DNA of 64,000 bases from Eutreptiella sp. 'Long Island Sound 2002' (taxonomy: Eukaryota > Protista > Euglenida): positions 3,472,001-3,536,000 of the forward strand of contig OZ038378.1 of NCBI GenBank assembly GCA_964036045.1, in the 5' to 3' direction. Position 1 is the first letter of the stretch. Each line of letters begins with the position of its first letter. The notes under the pieces are model-generated. The model saw only the letters and a program-made list of their open reading frames with translations, did not search any database and was not told the DNA's origin. Positions 26,469 to 39,281 of this stretch are shown here, piece by piece. The translations under genes were made by a program, and so were the position numbers.

Positions 26469-28053
26469 ATTTCAAAATTAGGGCATTGGCTAGATTTAGC
26501 CCATCATGACTTGTCTCAAGTACATGGCATGCCTAGGGCACATGAGGAATGACAAAAGTGTGACTTCAGGGTATCAAACCCCCAACAAGTAGAACACAAT
26601 ACCAAACCAAAGACCACTTCAAGCGCGTTTTCGACAGCGCTGGATGGCGGCAAGCTGCCGAATGGAAAAAGCATGACGTTCAATGCAACCACTGGCACAA
26701 AGTCATTCGAATGCGTCTAGCAGCAACTCAATGCAGGTTAGTGAGGTTGGGGCAAAAAGTGATGCTCTAACTATCGAAAAGGTCGACAAAATTATACTAT
26801 TAAATCGACACTTCGGCGGCGTTCTAAATACCTCCCGTGGTGAACAAACACTCCAAAAACACATTCCCGACTTGCAAGCTTCTTACTTTCAAAGAATTTC
26901 AAGACAAGTTGGAAACTCTGTGTGTCCATTGCAGTCCAAGTTAAGAGAAACCGCCCGTATGGAGCGCGACACTCAATGCGGCGTTTTCTTGGCGATTTCT
27001 ACATGCATGCAGGACCACTTTTTTTTTCAGCTAATAGATACCCGCTAGGCGCTAGATCCCCCTTTGCAAATTCTTTTTTGGTCACAAGACCATGGAGGAA
27101 AAAATGAATGCAAATGGTATGAAAAGGAACGCTCCACACACCCCTCTTCTTTCGGGGCCACCCTGTATCTTGGAATTTCTACCAGTACCTTTAAACTTTT
27201 CTAGATTTCTTTGCATATCTTGCATAGCTGGGTTGAAACATACCGGGAAAATGTTTGACATTACTAGTTGAGCCCCGTCTGTACTTCTGTTTGCACCTCC
27301 CTAATTAGGCAGTCTTTCTGTCATTCTTCTATTGCGATATTCTTGTGCTCCGCTTTCGCAAACGATGTAAGGAAGAAATTTGTATGTGGAGAAATCTCGA
27401 ATGGGTCCGGCGCTACAACAGTGGCGCTAAGGGAGTATCTCCTAAGAAGGTGGTATGCGAGTCCAAGAAACATGGTTCAAGGCCAATTTTGTATGATCAC
27501 TCTTTCAATAGCAATGCCATAGCCTTGGAAAAGGCAATGGCAGGTGTTGTTTCAAGGTTAGAAAGTGAAAGGAAGGTGGCCAAGGAAGAACCTTTCGCAA
27601 GAAGTGCCGTTCAAAAGCACGTTAATTGTACAAGTTTGTGCTTGCATTGTGTTTTGTGCTATCTTGCATCATGGTTCGGCGGCTTGCGTGCATTGCAAGG
27701 TTCACTCATCAAGCAAATGTGTGTGGAAACTTCTACAACGTTGTTCCCTTGGTGGTGATCGAAGTGTGATTGGGTGTCATTTGCCACTTTATATTTACCA
27801 TCAACTTTTGTCATTCTATAATTTTGGTACCTTGGTGTGTGCTTGGGCAAGGCAACCCAACCAAAGAGTTGACGAAGGTAGGAAGAAAGGAGAATCTGGA
27901 GGATGCCAAGGTGCTCTAGTGGGGTGAGGAGCAAGAGACGGAGCTTCTCACTCCTAACAATTATGAAATTTTGGACTTGTTGGGGTCTCGTCCCATAACA
28001 CAGGGTGCTTGACTCATTTCGAGCTGCCTAACACTGTCTCCCTAATATGTTGT

Positions 28054-28555
28054 TCACAATATCCAAGATTTTCCAGTTGTTCTAACTAGCTTTTCTTTGA
28101 TTGCAATTATCCCAATTGTGTTTCTGGGCACACTATTTAGGGCCGCTACAAGCATCATGTTCGAGGGTATTCTTGCCAAAATCCTAGCTACAAATTTTGC
28201 TGTGGTTTTGTAACTATGTGTTGCTTTCCTCATATAGTCCATCCCCATGCTCAATATTTTGATTGACCTTGAAATGTATTTTCCAATCATTGATTGTTTT
28301 GATAAGATCAAACTCGGGTGTCTTTCCTTAAACACTTTCTTTTCTCGTGTGCCTCACAAACGGGACATTGACCATCATCGACACATCAAACTTGCACACA
28401 AATACAAACACAAGAAGACAAAACCTCATTGAAAGACAGTTGATTGAAATATGCTCAGCATAAAGTTGCATCTCTGCAAAACCGTTCAGCAATCTGGCAC
28501 GATTATTCACATGCGAGGACAAAGCGCCCTTCTCACACAAATGACCAAAACCCAT
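28054..28555 (-). pseudogene. Possible Penelope-like RT thumb/3' fragment
   Basis: ALSSHVNNRARLLNGFAEM and ISRSIKILSMGMDY resemble the helical thumb region of PLE RTs. Weak. Confidence 0.25.
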
Positions 28556-28561
28556 GATAAT

Positions 28562-30119
28562 CTACATACAAAAGTCAAAAGGAAACAACCCTTGCAAAGC
28601 CTCACGTCTTAAACCAGGCCGCTCAGTCCTGCGGGCTAGCCAAACACTTGACACCCGCCTCTCTTCTTCCTTTCTTCTCTGGATGTGTCCCAGCGCACCT
28701 CCGCCGCCTCCCCCAGGGCCGTCCCCGCCTGCACCCGCACTTGGTACTGTAAGGGTCGTCTTCACCCATGTGGTGGACATGACGCCAGTCACCATGTCCT
28801 TGCCACTTCCGGTTGTGGTGATGGTTCTTGTACTCCTTGAGCATCTGTTTCCCCACCCGCTCCTATGCCTCGTCACAGGTCATCCTTAGCAGGATGCTCT
28901 GCCGGAAGGTGTGACCACCAATCTTTCTTTCATCCGGCTTCCAAATGGGTGCCTTCTCGCGGTCACCCCCAACCGTGATGAGAAGGGGGAGGGAGTGTTT
29001 GTGGTGAATGTCCGTGGCGACATTGTGCCTCACCCAGTTCACCATGCGGCCATGATTTTGCTTTGGCAACATCATCTTCACGGTGTGATTGGACTTCGCC
29101 CGCTTTGCCTCCTCCTTGGTCACCCTCTTGGCCCATGCCTTGGGCAATATCCTCAGCAGCACGGCCTGCTCACCTCCTTCGTTCCAATATTCCAGATTCT
29201 TTCGGCCCTCTAAAGTCGCGCCATTCGCGCAGGTGGATCTCCGTGCCATCATGCTGCAGCTTGATGTCCCTCAAGTTTTTGCATGCAACTTGCGGAGGAT
29301 CCACGGGGTCTTGGTCATTGAGCCATTTCTTGGTGTCCTTAGCTTTCTTGATCTTCCCTCCCTTGCACGCCACGAAGTATAGCTCTTGGAGAACGTCGGG
29401 GAGCCCGTACATAAATCTCTTGTACAATTACTACGCCGGGTGAAGGGGTCCATGTCCTCTGTAACCATCGTCCCCTAGTCGTCTAGCTTCTCCAAGAAGC
29501 GGTCGAGCTTTAGGGTATTGCCTTAGTAGGTGGGGGCGCGAACGTCCTTGAGGGCCTACCATATGGCCGCGTCCGCAGCTGTGGATACCAGGAACCCGTG
29601 ACGCGATGGGGCCCTCAGCTCCCCTCGTCTGCAAGTGCCCACTGCATGGATCTCCATTTTCGCGGCATCGCCATCGAACCCGCCGTCGGGGTCGCCGTAT
29701 GTTGTGCCCTGGACTGACCTCTGCCGGCCCTGCATGTCGTCCTCTTCCTCCGCTCATCGGGGGTGCCACTCCGAGCATCCGCCTCTGGGCGGGGTAACGC
29801 AAAAGTCGTCCTCCACGAATTTAGCGTTCCCCTCCGGGTCCCAGTCTTGGTCCTCTTTTGCGACCTCGTCTGCCATCGATTTGAACGTGCCGCATGATGT
29901 AGGCGATCTTGGCTCTTGCCCGGCGGGGTTAGCCTCGCACCACTCATCCACGAACTCTCCTCCCCTTGGAGGTCCCAGTCTCACGCCATCAAGGTCCCGT
30001 CCACAAGGATCCTCACCACCCGTCGCACCCCGTCGGCCTTCACCTTCAACACTAGGGCCGAACTGGAGTGGTCTCCGTTTGAGCCGCAAAACACTCGTTG
30101 GTGTAGGACCATTTATCAT
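28562..30119 (-). pseudogene. LTR-retrotransposon gag-like remnant
   Basis: ALKDVRAPTY*GNTLKLDRFLEKLDD*G...KRFMYGLPDVLQELYF...EIHLREWRDFRG...WNEGGEQAVLLRILPKAWAKRVTKEEAKRAKSNHTVKMMLP is a long multi-frame helical coding remnant near Gypsy pol fragments. Confidence 0.5.
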
Positions 30120-30264
30120 CGCAGCATTGCTTCATGTTGAAATATCTCTTGCCACTCTTGCCCTTCCCCCATCTCGTGTGCTTGGTCGTTCAGGCGGGGG
30201 GGGGGGGGGGCAAAAGCAGCAATGGCGAACATGCAACTGCATGGCGCCTGCCTACAATGGGCAT

Positions 30265-30690
30265 TTAAGTCTTTGCCTCTTTCACCTCTCGCATGAGGAC
30301 GATTTTTTGCGCACCATTGAAGCCTAGGTCGGTAAGTAGTAGATCAAGCTCTTTGTCATTGCACCCCAGCACAAAGTCCATGGAAGCATGCATTGTGCCC
30401 AAGCTCTCCTTCAATAGCGGCAGCAACTCATCTCCATTTGTAGGGTTACGGTGTTCATCGTACTTCACCTTCCGCATGAGGAGGAGTTTTTGCACGCCAT
30501 TGAAGCCTAGGTAAGTAAATAGTATGCCAAGCTCTCTGTCATTGCACCCTCGCACAAAATGCATGGAAGCATTCATTGTGCCCAAGTTCTCCTTCAATAG
30601 CTGCATCAAGTCATCTCCATTAGTAGGGTTGCGTTGTTCATGGGAATCGCTTCCAAATGTTCTTGTACCAGCAGCAAGCTGCTCTTGGCC
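30265..30690 (-). CDS. Open frame with two tandem 61-aa SAM-like helical repeats
   Basis: A 183-bp duplication (CCATTGAAGCCTAGG at 30314 and 30497) encodes NPTNGD(D/E)L...LLKE.LGTM.ASM.FV.GCND.EL..L.T.LGFNG.QK..LMR.VK twice with no stop. The start is uncertain and this may be a spliced exon. Confidence 0.45.
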   Translation of the reverse strand, partial: GQEQLAAGTRTFGSDSHEQRNPTNGDDLMQLLKENLGTMNASMHFVRGCNDRELGILFTYLGFNGVQKLLLMRKVKYDEHRNPTNGDELLPLLKESLGTMHASMDFVLGCNDKELDLLLTDLGFNGAQKIVLMREVKEAKT

Positions 30691-32049
30691 TATAACATTG
30701 ACACAAAATATGTTGTAGAGGCCAATGAACTCCGCATACACGACAAGTTGCCAAAAAATGAGGGTTGCCATAAGCAAACCCAAGTTTGGTCTGTGGTGTT
30801 TTGAGTTTGGATTTTTCTGCTGTGGATGTCTGTACAGTTGTCTTTTGTATTTGAAGGATTTGCCCGCCATCAAATCCGGACACCATCCAACCACCACGAC
30901 CAACACTGTGGTAGCTGCCACCTCCGTTCAGGTATCCACTGTCGCTCGCCCCGGAGGTCGAGCGGCCCCAGTTCCAGAGGGGCAATACTATATTGCACAC
31001 TACCTCCTCGCCCGCGCCTGCCACGAAGTGCCTCCGGGGCGCCCTCCATGCAATTGACGCTGCCGTCCAATATTTCCACCGCCGTGCCGCCTACACCACC
31101 CCCGGGGCCACCGCCAGCCCTGCCCCAATAAACCTTATGGAAGCCGCGGGTCGAGTGGCCCCCGCACTGACGTAGTATTCAAATGCCCCCATTAGCAGCG
31201 CGATTAAGTCCAGGGCGCCGGGGAACAGCATGCAGACCGCATACAGGATGTAAGCCGCGTCTACAATCTTCCCCCAGCGCCGCACCCTCTAAACGGCCGC
31301 CGAAAGTTCCCTCGCCCACCCCCGCAAAATTGGCACAGGGTGGGCGCGCGCAATACCCCGCAGTCGATCCTCCTCCCACCTCCCCCAATCGTGCTGGGGC
31401 CTACGTCGGCCCATATGCGATGGGGCCGGCGGCGGCAACGGGTGAAAGGACGGTAGTACAACCGGTCTCGGCATGTAAGATAACCACTGTGGTAGGGGGG
31501 CAATCGCATGCAAAAGGCAAAGAGAACACCAGCGCGCTCGCCTAGTTCCCCACCACTTAAGTGCAACCAGTCCCGCAACCCGCGCCCAGAACTCGCATAC
31601 CGACGCCACTTATCGTTTTCTGTGTGCATGTGCTTTTGCCTGTGGATGGGTATGGACCGCATTCTCCCTCTCGAGGGGTCAAATCTTGTTGCGGAGTCGT
31701 GTGATCCCCCTCTATAGGTCTTAAGGTGCTCACGACCATCCGGTGCACCGCCTGGAGGTCAAGGCGACAAGAAGGTCATGGCTAGGATGCACGGCACCCA
31801 AGACCTACACCCGTCACATCTACCATGTCTGAACGTGCTCTTTTGATAATTGCTGTTTCATGTTTTTCAACATTTTGTGTGTGGGCTTGTTGTACAGTCT
31901 TGGCCATACATTCTTCCGATCTTACGAATCATCTATCATTAGGTTCAAAAACATGTAGTGAAAAGAATTCAAGAGATAAGACATGAGGAGCATGCACCAC
32001 CACCGAAGCACCTTCGACTCTCGAAGGGCAAACATGGAGCCTCAGGTGA

Positions 32050-32665
32050 ACCACTTGTTTGGTCTAAGTAGGAGCTCCGGAGATCCCGGCGACTGGCGTA
32101 CAAGGAGGCCGACATGGCTCTGAGCTTTGCCTCCACCACGGCCTCATTTCGGCAAGCGACAGCATGACATACATGTCTAACAAGACCGCTGAGGCGAAGA
32201 GGATCCGCAAGAAGGAGCACCCGATGGGAGAGGAGGGTGGAAACTGCTTCGTCATCATGGCTGTGGAGGTTCCGGTCAATCTCGGGACCTAGCGACCTGA
32301 TAGGGCCCTGTCCGCGGCTGCTGAATACTCCGACAACCCTCTTGGCTGATTCGTGCATCGAGGACGACTGGACCGAGGACTACCCCTAGTCCGAGATGTT
32401 GCAAGCCGAATACCGGGTTGTGACGGATCTTGACGAAGTGGCCTAAGGGAGTCACCGAGCAGGACGACAAGACATACCATAACGGTTGGTTGTTGATCCC
32501 GGAATCCCGGATGCTAGAGGTGTGTAAAGCCTGTACCACCACATGGTCCACCCAGGAGTGCAAAAAGCAAGCCTAGGACATGCAGCAGTGGTTCTAGAAC
32601 AACGAGATTGGTCTCCATTGGGCCATCACGGCTATTAGCAGAGGATGTGCAGTGTGTCACGCTTC
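32050..32665 (+). pseudogene. Ty3/Gypsy RNase H-integrase linker and integrase HHCC zinc domain remnant
   Basis: TAEAKRIRK...DWTEDY...YHNGWLLIPESRMLEV...HHMVHPGVQKQA*DMQQWF*NNEIGL...SRGCAVCHA contains the H-x-H-PG...C-x2-C integrase zinc motif. Confidence 0.65.
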
Positions 32666-33790
32666 ACTTCGCTTGCAACAATTGTGGCCTTGTCACTGCT
32701 ACCCATCAGCTTGTGTTGAACCCTAAGATCCGGCACTCTGGTGACGTCCCTTTTGTGCCTCCAAGAGCTCATCGTACCTCATGTCGGGGCTCCCCGACGC
32801 GATGGTCACACCGTCCACGAAGGGTCCCGTCTAGTCACGAACGGGTTCAAGCAAGTTCTCCACCATATGCTGAAGCGCCGCATTCCCATTCACGACACCC
32901 ATGGGCATGACCTTCCACTGAATAGGGCCCAAAGGGGTGCTCATGGATATGCAAGTACGGGACTCATCTGCCACATGCATTTGGTGAACACCATGTTTCA
33001 GGTCAATCACCTTGAAGATCCCCCGCCGGAACTGCTTCTGCAACACGTCCTTGCGAAGGGTAGTGTATAGTTGTCATGTTGCATCTGCGCATTGAGCCCT
33101 TGGTAGTCCAACACAAGGCGCCACTCCCCGGCGACCTTTTCTGGCACAATGAAGCATGGGGAAGGCCAAACCAGGTGGCAGGGCTCAAACCAACCTCGGT
33201 CGATGAAGTTCCAAAGGATCTTCTCCATGGCCTCCCTTCGCTCTCCCCGGAGGGTGTACCCCAGTGTCTATACACCCAGCTCACTCTTTGGGCCGGTGGT
33301 GGTACAACGGGCTTACCGCTGAAGAAAGTCTCTCCATACTTCTCCTTCAAGCGGGCCCTAAGTGTTTGCATCTTTCATCACTCATCGGACATGACTTTCG
33401 GCTTCACCTCGGTGGGTGAGCTCGGTGGACTTGGGCCGAGCTCCTTTTGCAGAGTGCTACGCATGCTATCCTTGGGCTTCGGGGGTTCCCTAGCGACTTG
33501 ATCGGCCCGTCTCTGGCCTTGCCGCGAAAGTTGTCCCCGTGGGTGAGGGGGTTCCCCCCGATGGGCTCATTATGGCGGGCCATGTGGTGTAGCACCTTGT
33601 TGACAAAGGTGTTGCCTCCATAGGAACCAGAGACGATGGCATCCACCTCCCAATAGGCTTGGTCCTTGCCTCCTCCCTCATGCTGGGATATGCAGTGTTG
33701 AAAGGATACCCCTCAACCAGCTCCAACTCCCCATCAGTGGAGAGGTCCGCTGGCTCATCGGGGGACACCGCCCAGCACCGCCTCTAGGGC
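32665..33790 (-). pseudogene. Ty3/Gypsy reverse transcriptase remnant
   Basis: WPSPCFIVPEKVAGEWRLVLDYQGLN...DNYTLP; IFKVIDLKHGVHQM...TPLGPIQWKVMPMGVVNG; PFVDGVTIASG (degenerate YxDD box). Confidence 0.9.
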
Positions 33791-33984
33791 TCGGCTATTG
33801 CTCACATCTACAGGTGGGCAATGGTTTTGTGTGTGGATTGCACACCGACCACTTGCATTCAAAGTATTGGATTATTTGGTGCAACTTTTTGTCATTGTGT
33901 ACCTACCGAACAAAATTGGGAAGCAGAGTGCAACGGGTGCTATTGCTGGAGAATATAATGAGGAAGGTATCTTTTTTGTTTCAG

Positions 33985-33985
<1 letters not shown>

Positions 33986-34061
<76 letters not shown>
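33986..34061. repeat. Compound (CA)n(GA)n microsatellite
   Basis: Directly visible. Confidence 0.98.
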
Positions 34062-35180
34062 AAAGTCGATTCTCAACAAGACATGTGTCCTTCAGAAAGT
34101 GACGGTACGTCACCGAGTCCAATGTGACATCGTGAAAGTCGGTTTGCAATTGAATAGCATAAAGAGTCTTTGGATCAATGATAGCATCAATTGAATCGGA
34201 ATCAATTCTTTAACCAATCAACGACAAACATGCATTCCATGAAATTGACAGTTGGCAACCGTGTATCTGAACCATGTTTTCTCGATCTAGCCTATAGCCA
34301 AACATTTGATGTTGCAAGAAATCAATTGACACCATTGTCAATATGCATAACGTGGTCTTTCATGTTGTCGGGTGATAAAGAATCAAAAGAGACAAAGCAC
34401 AAATACTTTGGATAGAGTAAGAGAGACAGCAGGTGGAGAAATACAAAGATACATCAATTCAAAAAGCAACAAGAAGGACCATGGTTGTGCACAAAACAAA
34501 TGCAGGAGCGCGGCATCAATCATTCACACACACACAAAACCCCTGCATCACTTCCGTGTGCAACGGCACTTCAGTAGCGGATGTTTTGCCACTTCCTATA
34601 AGAGGAGAAGGCTTTCTCTGTGTCAAGTGTGTGGTGTGGTTTGATTATCAACAAAGCGGCACCGTTTGGCTGCTTTATGACGTCCTCGCCCTCCTAGCGG
34701 ATGTACTCCTTGTGGTGTTTTATGACTTTCAATGTAGGGTGAAATTGCATAAAGAAAAAAACAATATGTTGTAGAACTGGATGTAGGGATGCTGGTAACG
34801 CACATCTCTTTGTGGTCTTATGAGTGCGGTAGTAATGGAGGAAGAGCGTGCGGAGAGTCGCAAGGGAGGTAGAGAAGTGGAAATATGATGTGATGGTGTA
34901 TAGCATAGCAGAAACGGTGTGACGGATTGAAACAGGCTATTGCTTAGTGGGCGAAATCCCCCCCCGGGGGGGGGGGTGTAGAGATGGGTGGGTGGGTTAG
35001 CCCCAAACTTCAGCATTTTGGGCCACCAGGCACCCCCCCCCCCCGGGGTGCGGGTGCGCTTTTTTTGGGATTTGGGTTGTGCAGGGCTCTAAGACCTGTC
35101 TGCATATTTCACACATTTTTCACTTTTTTTTCATACTGTGTCAAAGGTTTCAACCCTTTGTTGCACTTGACAGTCAGAAC

Positions 35181-35260
35181 TGGCTGTTAGTTGAGTTGGC
35201 TCTGCCTCTTGACTGTAAATTCAAGGGCTTGGGTTCCCAGCCCAGTGGCGGCAATTTTTT
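35181..35260 (+). tRNA. Degenerate tRNA-Tyr(GTA)-like pseudogene inside the hAT element
   Basis: D-loop-like TAGTTGAGTTGG, anticodon arm CTTGA-CTGTAAA-(T)TCAAG, 5-bp T-stem TTGGG/CCCAG, 3' arm TGGCGGCA, then a TTTTTT terminator. TTC-GA is mutated, so it is probably non-functional. Confidence 0.45.
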
Positions 35261-35580
35261 GCTGGTTAATTCTGCTCTGTTGTTCCAGAGATTTTCAATT
35301 GCTTGTATGTGACTGCGGGTGGAGGGCATAGACCCCCCCCGGGGGGGGGGGGGTGCATGGGTGGGTGGTGTCATGGTGTCAACACCACGTCCCACGTCCA
35401 GCAGGAGGCAGTTGCCCGCGGTCCCGGCCGGGCAAGAGGGGCACAATACCGCAGCAAGTGCAACACCCTGTGCGACGCTCCGTGAACCCCCTCCCCCCTT
35501 CCCCGCACTGTCATTGTCCACGCCACACGGCATGGGCAGCTACGGGGCTAACCATATAGCCGCGCCCCCATGCAGGTCCC

Positions 35581-35820
35581 TATGCACACAGACCCCCAAT
35601 GTATTGAGTTCTGTCAAAGGAATAAATTTTGCATTTGCAAACACCCAATGCCTTCAGTTCTACGAAAGGTAATAAATTCTGCATGGGCACACACCCAATG
35701 CCTCCGGTTCTGCCAAAAGCAATAAATTCTGCATGGGCACACACCCCATGCCTTCAGTTCTACCAAAAGTAATAAATTTTGCATGGGCATACACCCAGTG
35801 CCTTCGGTTCTACCCAAAAG
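35581..35820. repeat. 50-bp minisatellite (~4.8 copies) within the hAT element
   Basis: AATAAATT(T/C)TGCAT recurs at 35621, 35671, 35721 and 35771. Confidence 0.9.
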
Positions 35821-36922
35821 CAGCACGGAGGGTGGACGCACGTCCATCCCCACCTCAGCTGCCACACGTCCTGTAGCCGCAGCCGTTACACGGCAGCTCG
35901 ACGCAGCCAGACCCCGTCCCGTTACCAATTCAGGGACTATGGGGAGGAGGTGCAACCCGCACCTCACCTGCCACATGGCAAGAGCCCAGGCCGCAGCGGT
36001 GGCGCCTTTGCTTGACGCAGCTAGCCCCCATCCTGTTACCAATCCAGGGACTATGGGGGGTGTTGCACCGGTTCCGCGAGCACCGCAGCACTCGTTCTCA
36101 GATGCTCCAAGCACTGCAGCACTCCTTCTCAGTTGCTGCAAGTATTGCAGCTCTCCTTCACTGCCGCACGGTAGCAGTCCTGGAGCTCCAGCTGCTGCAC
36201 TGCACCTTGAGACAGTTAGCCCCCGTCCCGTTACCAATCCAAGGACTATGGGGGGGTGCTGCCTCCCACTACACCCGCCGCACGTCGGGGCCTAGGGCCA
36301 CAGAGCTGTGCATAGCCGACCAGCGCCACAGATGCTGTGTGCCTGGGCTCAGGATCGTCGCAGCAGGGGCCAAGCCTCGTCACCAACGAGGCGCGGCCCA
36401 GGAAGGGCAGTACACAGCCGTTGTAGGGGGTCGGCCGCACGGCTGTCCCCAGCAGCCGCCGCCACACGGCGGGTCCCAGGGCCGCAGAGCTGTCCATGGC
36501 CGACCGGCGTCACAGTTGCGGGGCTTCCAAGCTCAAGCTGACCACACAGCCTGCCAAAAAGAAACTCACGCTGGGCACCCAGCCATGGGAACTTAAAACG
36601 GGCCATGTCGATTCATGGCCATGAGGCAGGGGGGATGGGCCCCTAGTCTCATCGGACGTTATTTCAGCTTGCCCCGGCCCATTTTCCCCACCCCTTGCCG
36701 AAGCCGCCGTACGGCGGGACGGTCCTCTGCATGGTAGCCGCACGGCCCATGAGAGAAGCCACTGAGTCACGTGGCTGTTTTTGCATCCCAAGTGCCCCGG
36801 CCGCACGGCCCTTGGGTAACGTCCGCTGTGCATGGGTGGGTGGGTGGGTGGCTGAGACCTGGCCGAGGCCCAAACTAAACCCCCCCCCCCCGGGGGTCAC
36901 TAAGCAATAGCGTGGATTGAAA

Positions 36923-39281
36923 TCGGCATAGCAAACCAGAAATGTTCAACGGTGCCGCGTGCAGTGGCAAAAAATCGAAACAAGTCTTTTGGGAATAGTG
37001 TGCCACAAGTGTGCAGGAAGAAAGGAAGCGATGGCAGATTTAGCAATCTTGGTTTCAAACACTGAGATGGGGATTAAGGGAGGCAAACAGGACTGTACAA
37101 TGTCAAAGCATGGAGTTTGCATCAGAGAAATTTGTACTGCGGGATCGGCCGCGTCGAACATGCAGTATTTTGGGGGACATTGCAGGGTCCAGGGTAATGT
37201 GTGTAGAAACATGTCCCACAGGGGTAGTTGTGCAGGAAATTGGGAGTATGAATGTTTGATGATACCCAGCCACCATCAGGTGGGGTATTGTTTTTGTAGG
37301 AATTCCCATACAATATGGGAGCTGTTGGAAAAAAATAGTAGGGGTTGTGTTTGCAGGTCGTTGGCCAGAAGGACAAGATTCTTAGACATACCCTGGATGG
37401 TACGTTGAGCATTAAGGTGAGCAGCATCAGGATGCCTGGTCACAGGAATTCGTGGAGTCAGGTAAGATAGCAAAACTCTGTTCTTTAATGCCCAATGAAT
37501 GTGTGGATCATGACATAAAATGTGAACTTGGAGAATTGTGAGGTTGGTCCCCAATTGCTCAAGTGTGAGCGGCGTTGTATATATATATATACGGTGAAGC
37601 ATACACTTGACGAAAATCGCAGTGTGTAGGAGTTGACTTTTCAGGCACAAACAAACAACATTGTCCATGTATCTGCAAAGCTTGGTGTGTGGAGGCAGTT
37701 TGTGGTCCCAGTTTACGGTACTCTCATCGTACATTGAAATGGTGTTGGCATTTTGTGACGCCGCAGTCCCGCCAATTGAGACCCCGGTAAACTGCTCATG
37801 GATACGTGTACCTATCTGAAACAGATCGTTAAGGTAACCCTCCAGAGTCAAGCAATCGACAAGTTGCGTGCCAGCAAAGACATGATAATATTTGTCAGGT
37901 TTTTTGCCAATAGTGTCCAATGTTTTTTCCAATCCTTTAGCAATGGACAAGTGCAGGTTTTTGTCTGTGCGATTGTAGCAGTACATCTTTTGGACACCAG
38001 CAATCAAAGTTGAGTATGCAGGTTGCAATTATGATGTTTCAGACGGGGAAACATGTATTCTAAGTCTAATTCGAACCCTGCAACATCAATATTCAGGGCA
38101 GCGAAAGAATCACGTGCAGGGACGAGAAATTGTGAGACGAAATGCTTTTGATTCAATACCTGGAGAGTAAAAAATGAGGATTGAACTAACTGACATATTG
38201 TGGAAGCTGCTCCAGCAACAACCCTATAATAGGGTTTTCAGGGGTGAGCCCCAGTTGTGAAAATTTCCCGGGTGGACACTTTTGCCAGCCGCATGGGTGG
38301 GGTGTAGGGCAAACTTTTTCCTTTAATGGAGATGACAACTGAAGGGGGGTGAACAGGACGTATACGGCGGGATGGGTAGGGTTGGCGTGGCGGCATGTAT
38401 AATATGCAGTCCGTCTGACGCAGGACAGTCTCAGCATGGAGAAGTAGAATATGCTTCGGGCGTAGAAGATTTTTTGGTTGGATAGGACGTAAGGGAATGT
38501 GGGGCATAGGAATGGGCAGACCTTTGAGAGTTGGAATATATAGAGAAAGAATATAGAGAGGGATTGTTGCGTTGGCGCATTGCCGAAAGTCCATTCACAA
38601 GTTCAGGGTACAACCGTGCACAGAAATAGTAATTTAACAGCAAAATATGGCGAGCTCTGGTACTGGATTTCTGGATTTCGCTATCATAATCAATCTGTAA
38701 TTAGGTGAGTGGAGGGTTGTTTGCAAAACGAGACGGCTGAAAGTCACCATTGTAGCCACCACAAAAAGTAGTGGATACTTGTCCACGCGTACAGGGAGGT
38801 GATCTGGGTATGAATCTTTGAAACGTTGTAATGTATTTGCAGGAATGCAAGCATCCTTGACACGTTGGGAGTGGAGGTGTGTATTGAGAATGTTATGTAC
38901 AGCAGCGGCGAATTCCTTAAAAGGGAAAGGTGCAGCTTTAGGAATCTGGTCCCGTTTTTTTTGCAATTGTTCAGCAATAGTATAATCGGCAAAAAATGGA
39001 GCCGCTGTGACAGTCTTGTTCAGAGGGGCATGGAGTAAGGAGGAGAAGGAATTAGGCACTGACTGTGCTAATTTGGGTCCATTCAGGATACAATCTTCAT
39101 GATCAACATGCTGGGCAACATAATCACGGTATTCATGAATTGATGACTGCAATCGATCACGGGTGAATACATGGAGGAGTTTACGTGGGTGACTGACAAG
39201 AACAATTGGGGACTGTGAGGTTTTGGCAGTGTTGTAGAGTGCATAAATTACGGAACGATTGTTTGATATGGCGGGTATCAC
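36923..39281 (-). pseudogene. Penelope-like element (PLE) reverse transcriptase, decayed, probably continuing at ~34694-34924 beyond the hAT insertion
   Basis: DHLPVRVDKYPLLFVV (N-terminal DK motif), GFELDLEYMFPRL (RT motif A), GVSIGGTAASQNANTISMYDE (motif B), LCRYMDNV (YxDD box), LTLEQLGTNLTILQVHI (motif E-like). No GIY-YIG seen downstream. Confidence 0.7.

Larger units (their letters stand above)
34933..36914. mobile_element. Non-autonomous hAT-type DNA transposon (~1.98 kb)
   Basis: TIRs CAGGCTATTGCTTAGTG (34933) and CACTAAGCAATAGCGTG (ends 36914, one mismatch). Exact 8-bp TSD GATTGAAA at 34925-34932 and 36915-36922. CAG ends with an 8-bp TSD are typical of hAT. Confidence 0.85.

Noticed and set aside
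33798-34194. HTHTHT / VCVCVC ORFs
   Set aside because: Artefacts of the (CA)n microsatellite.
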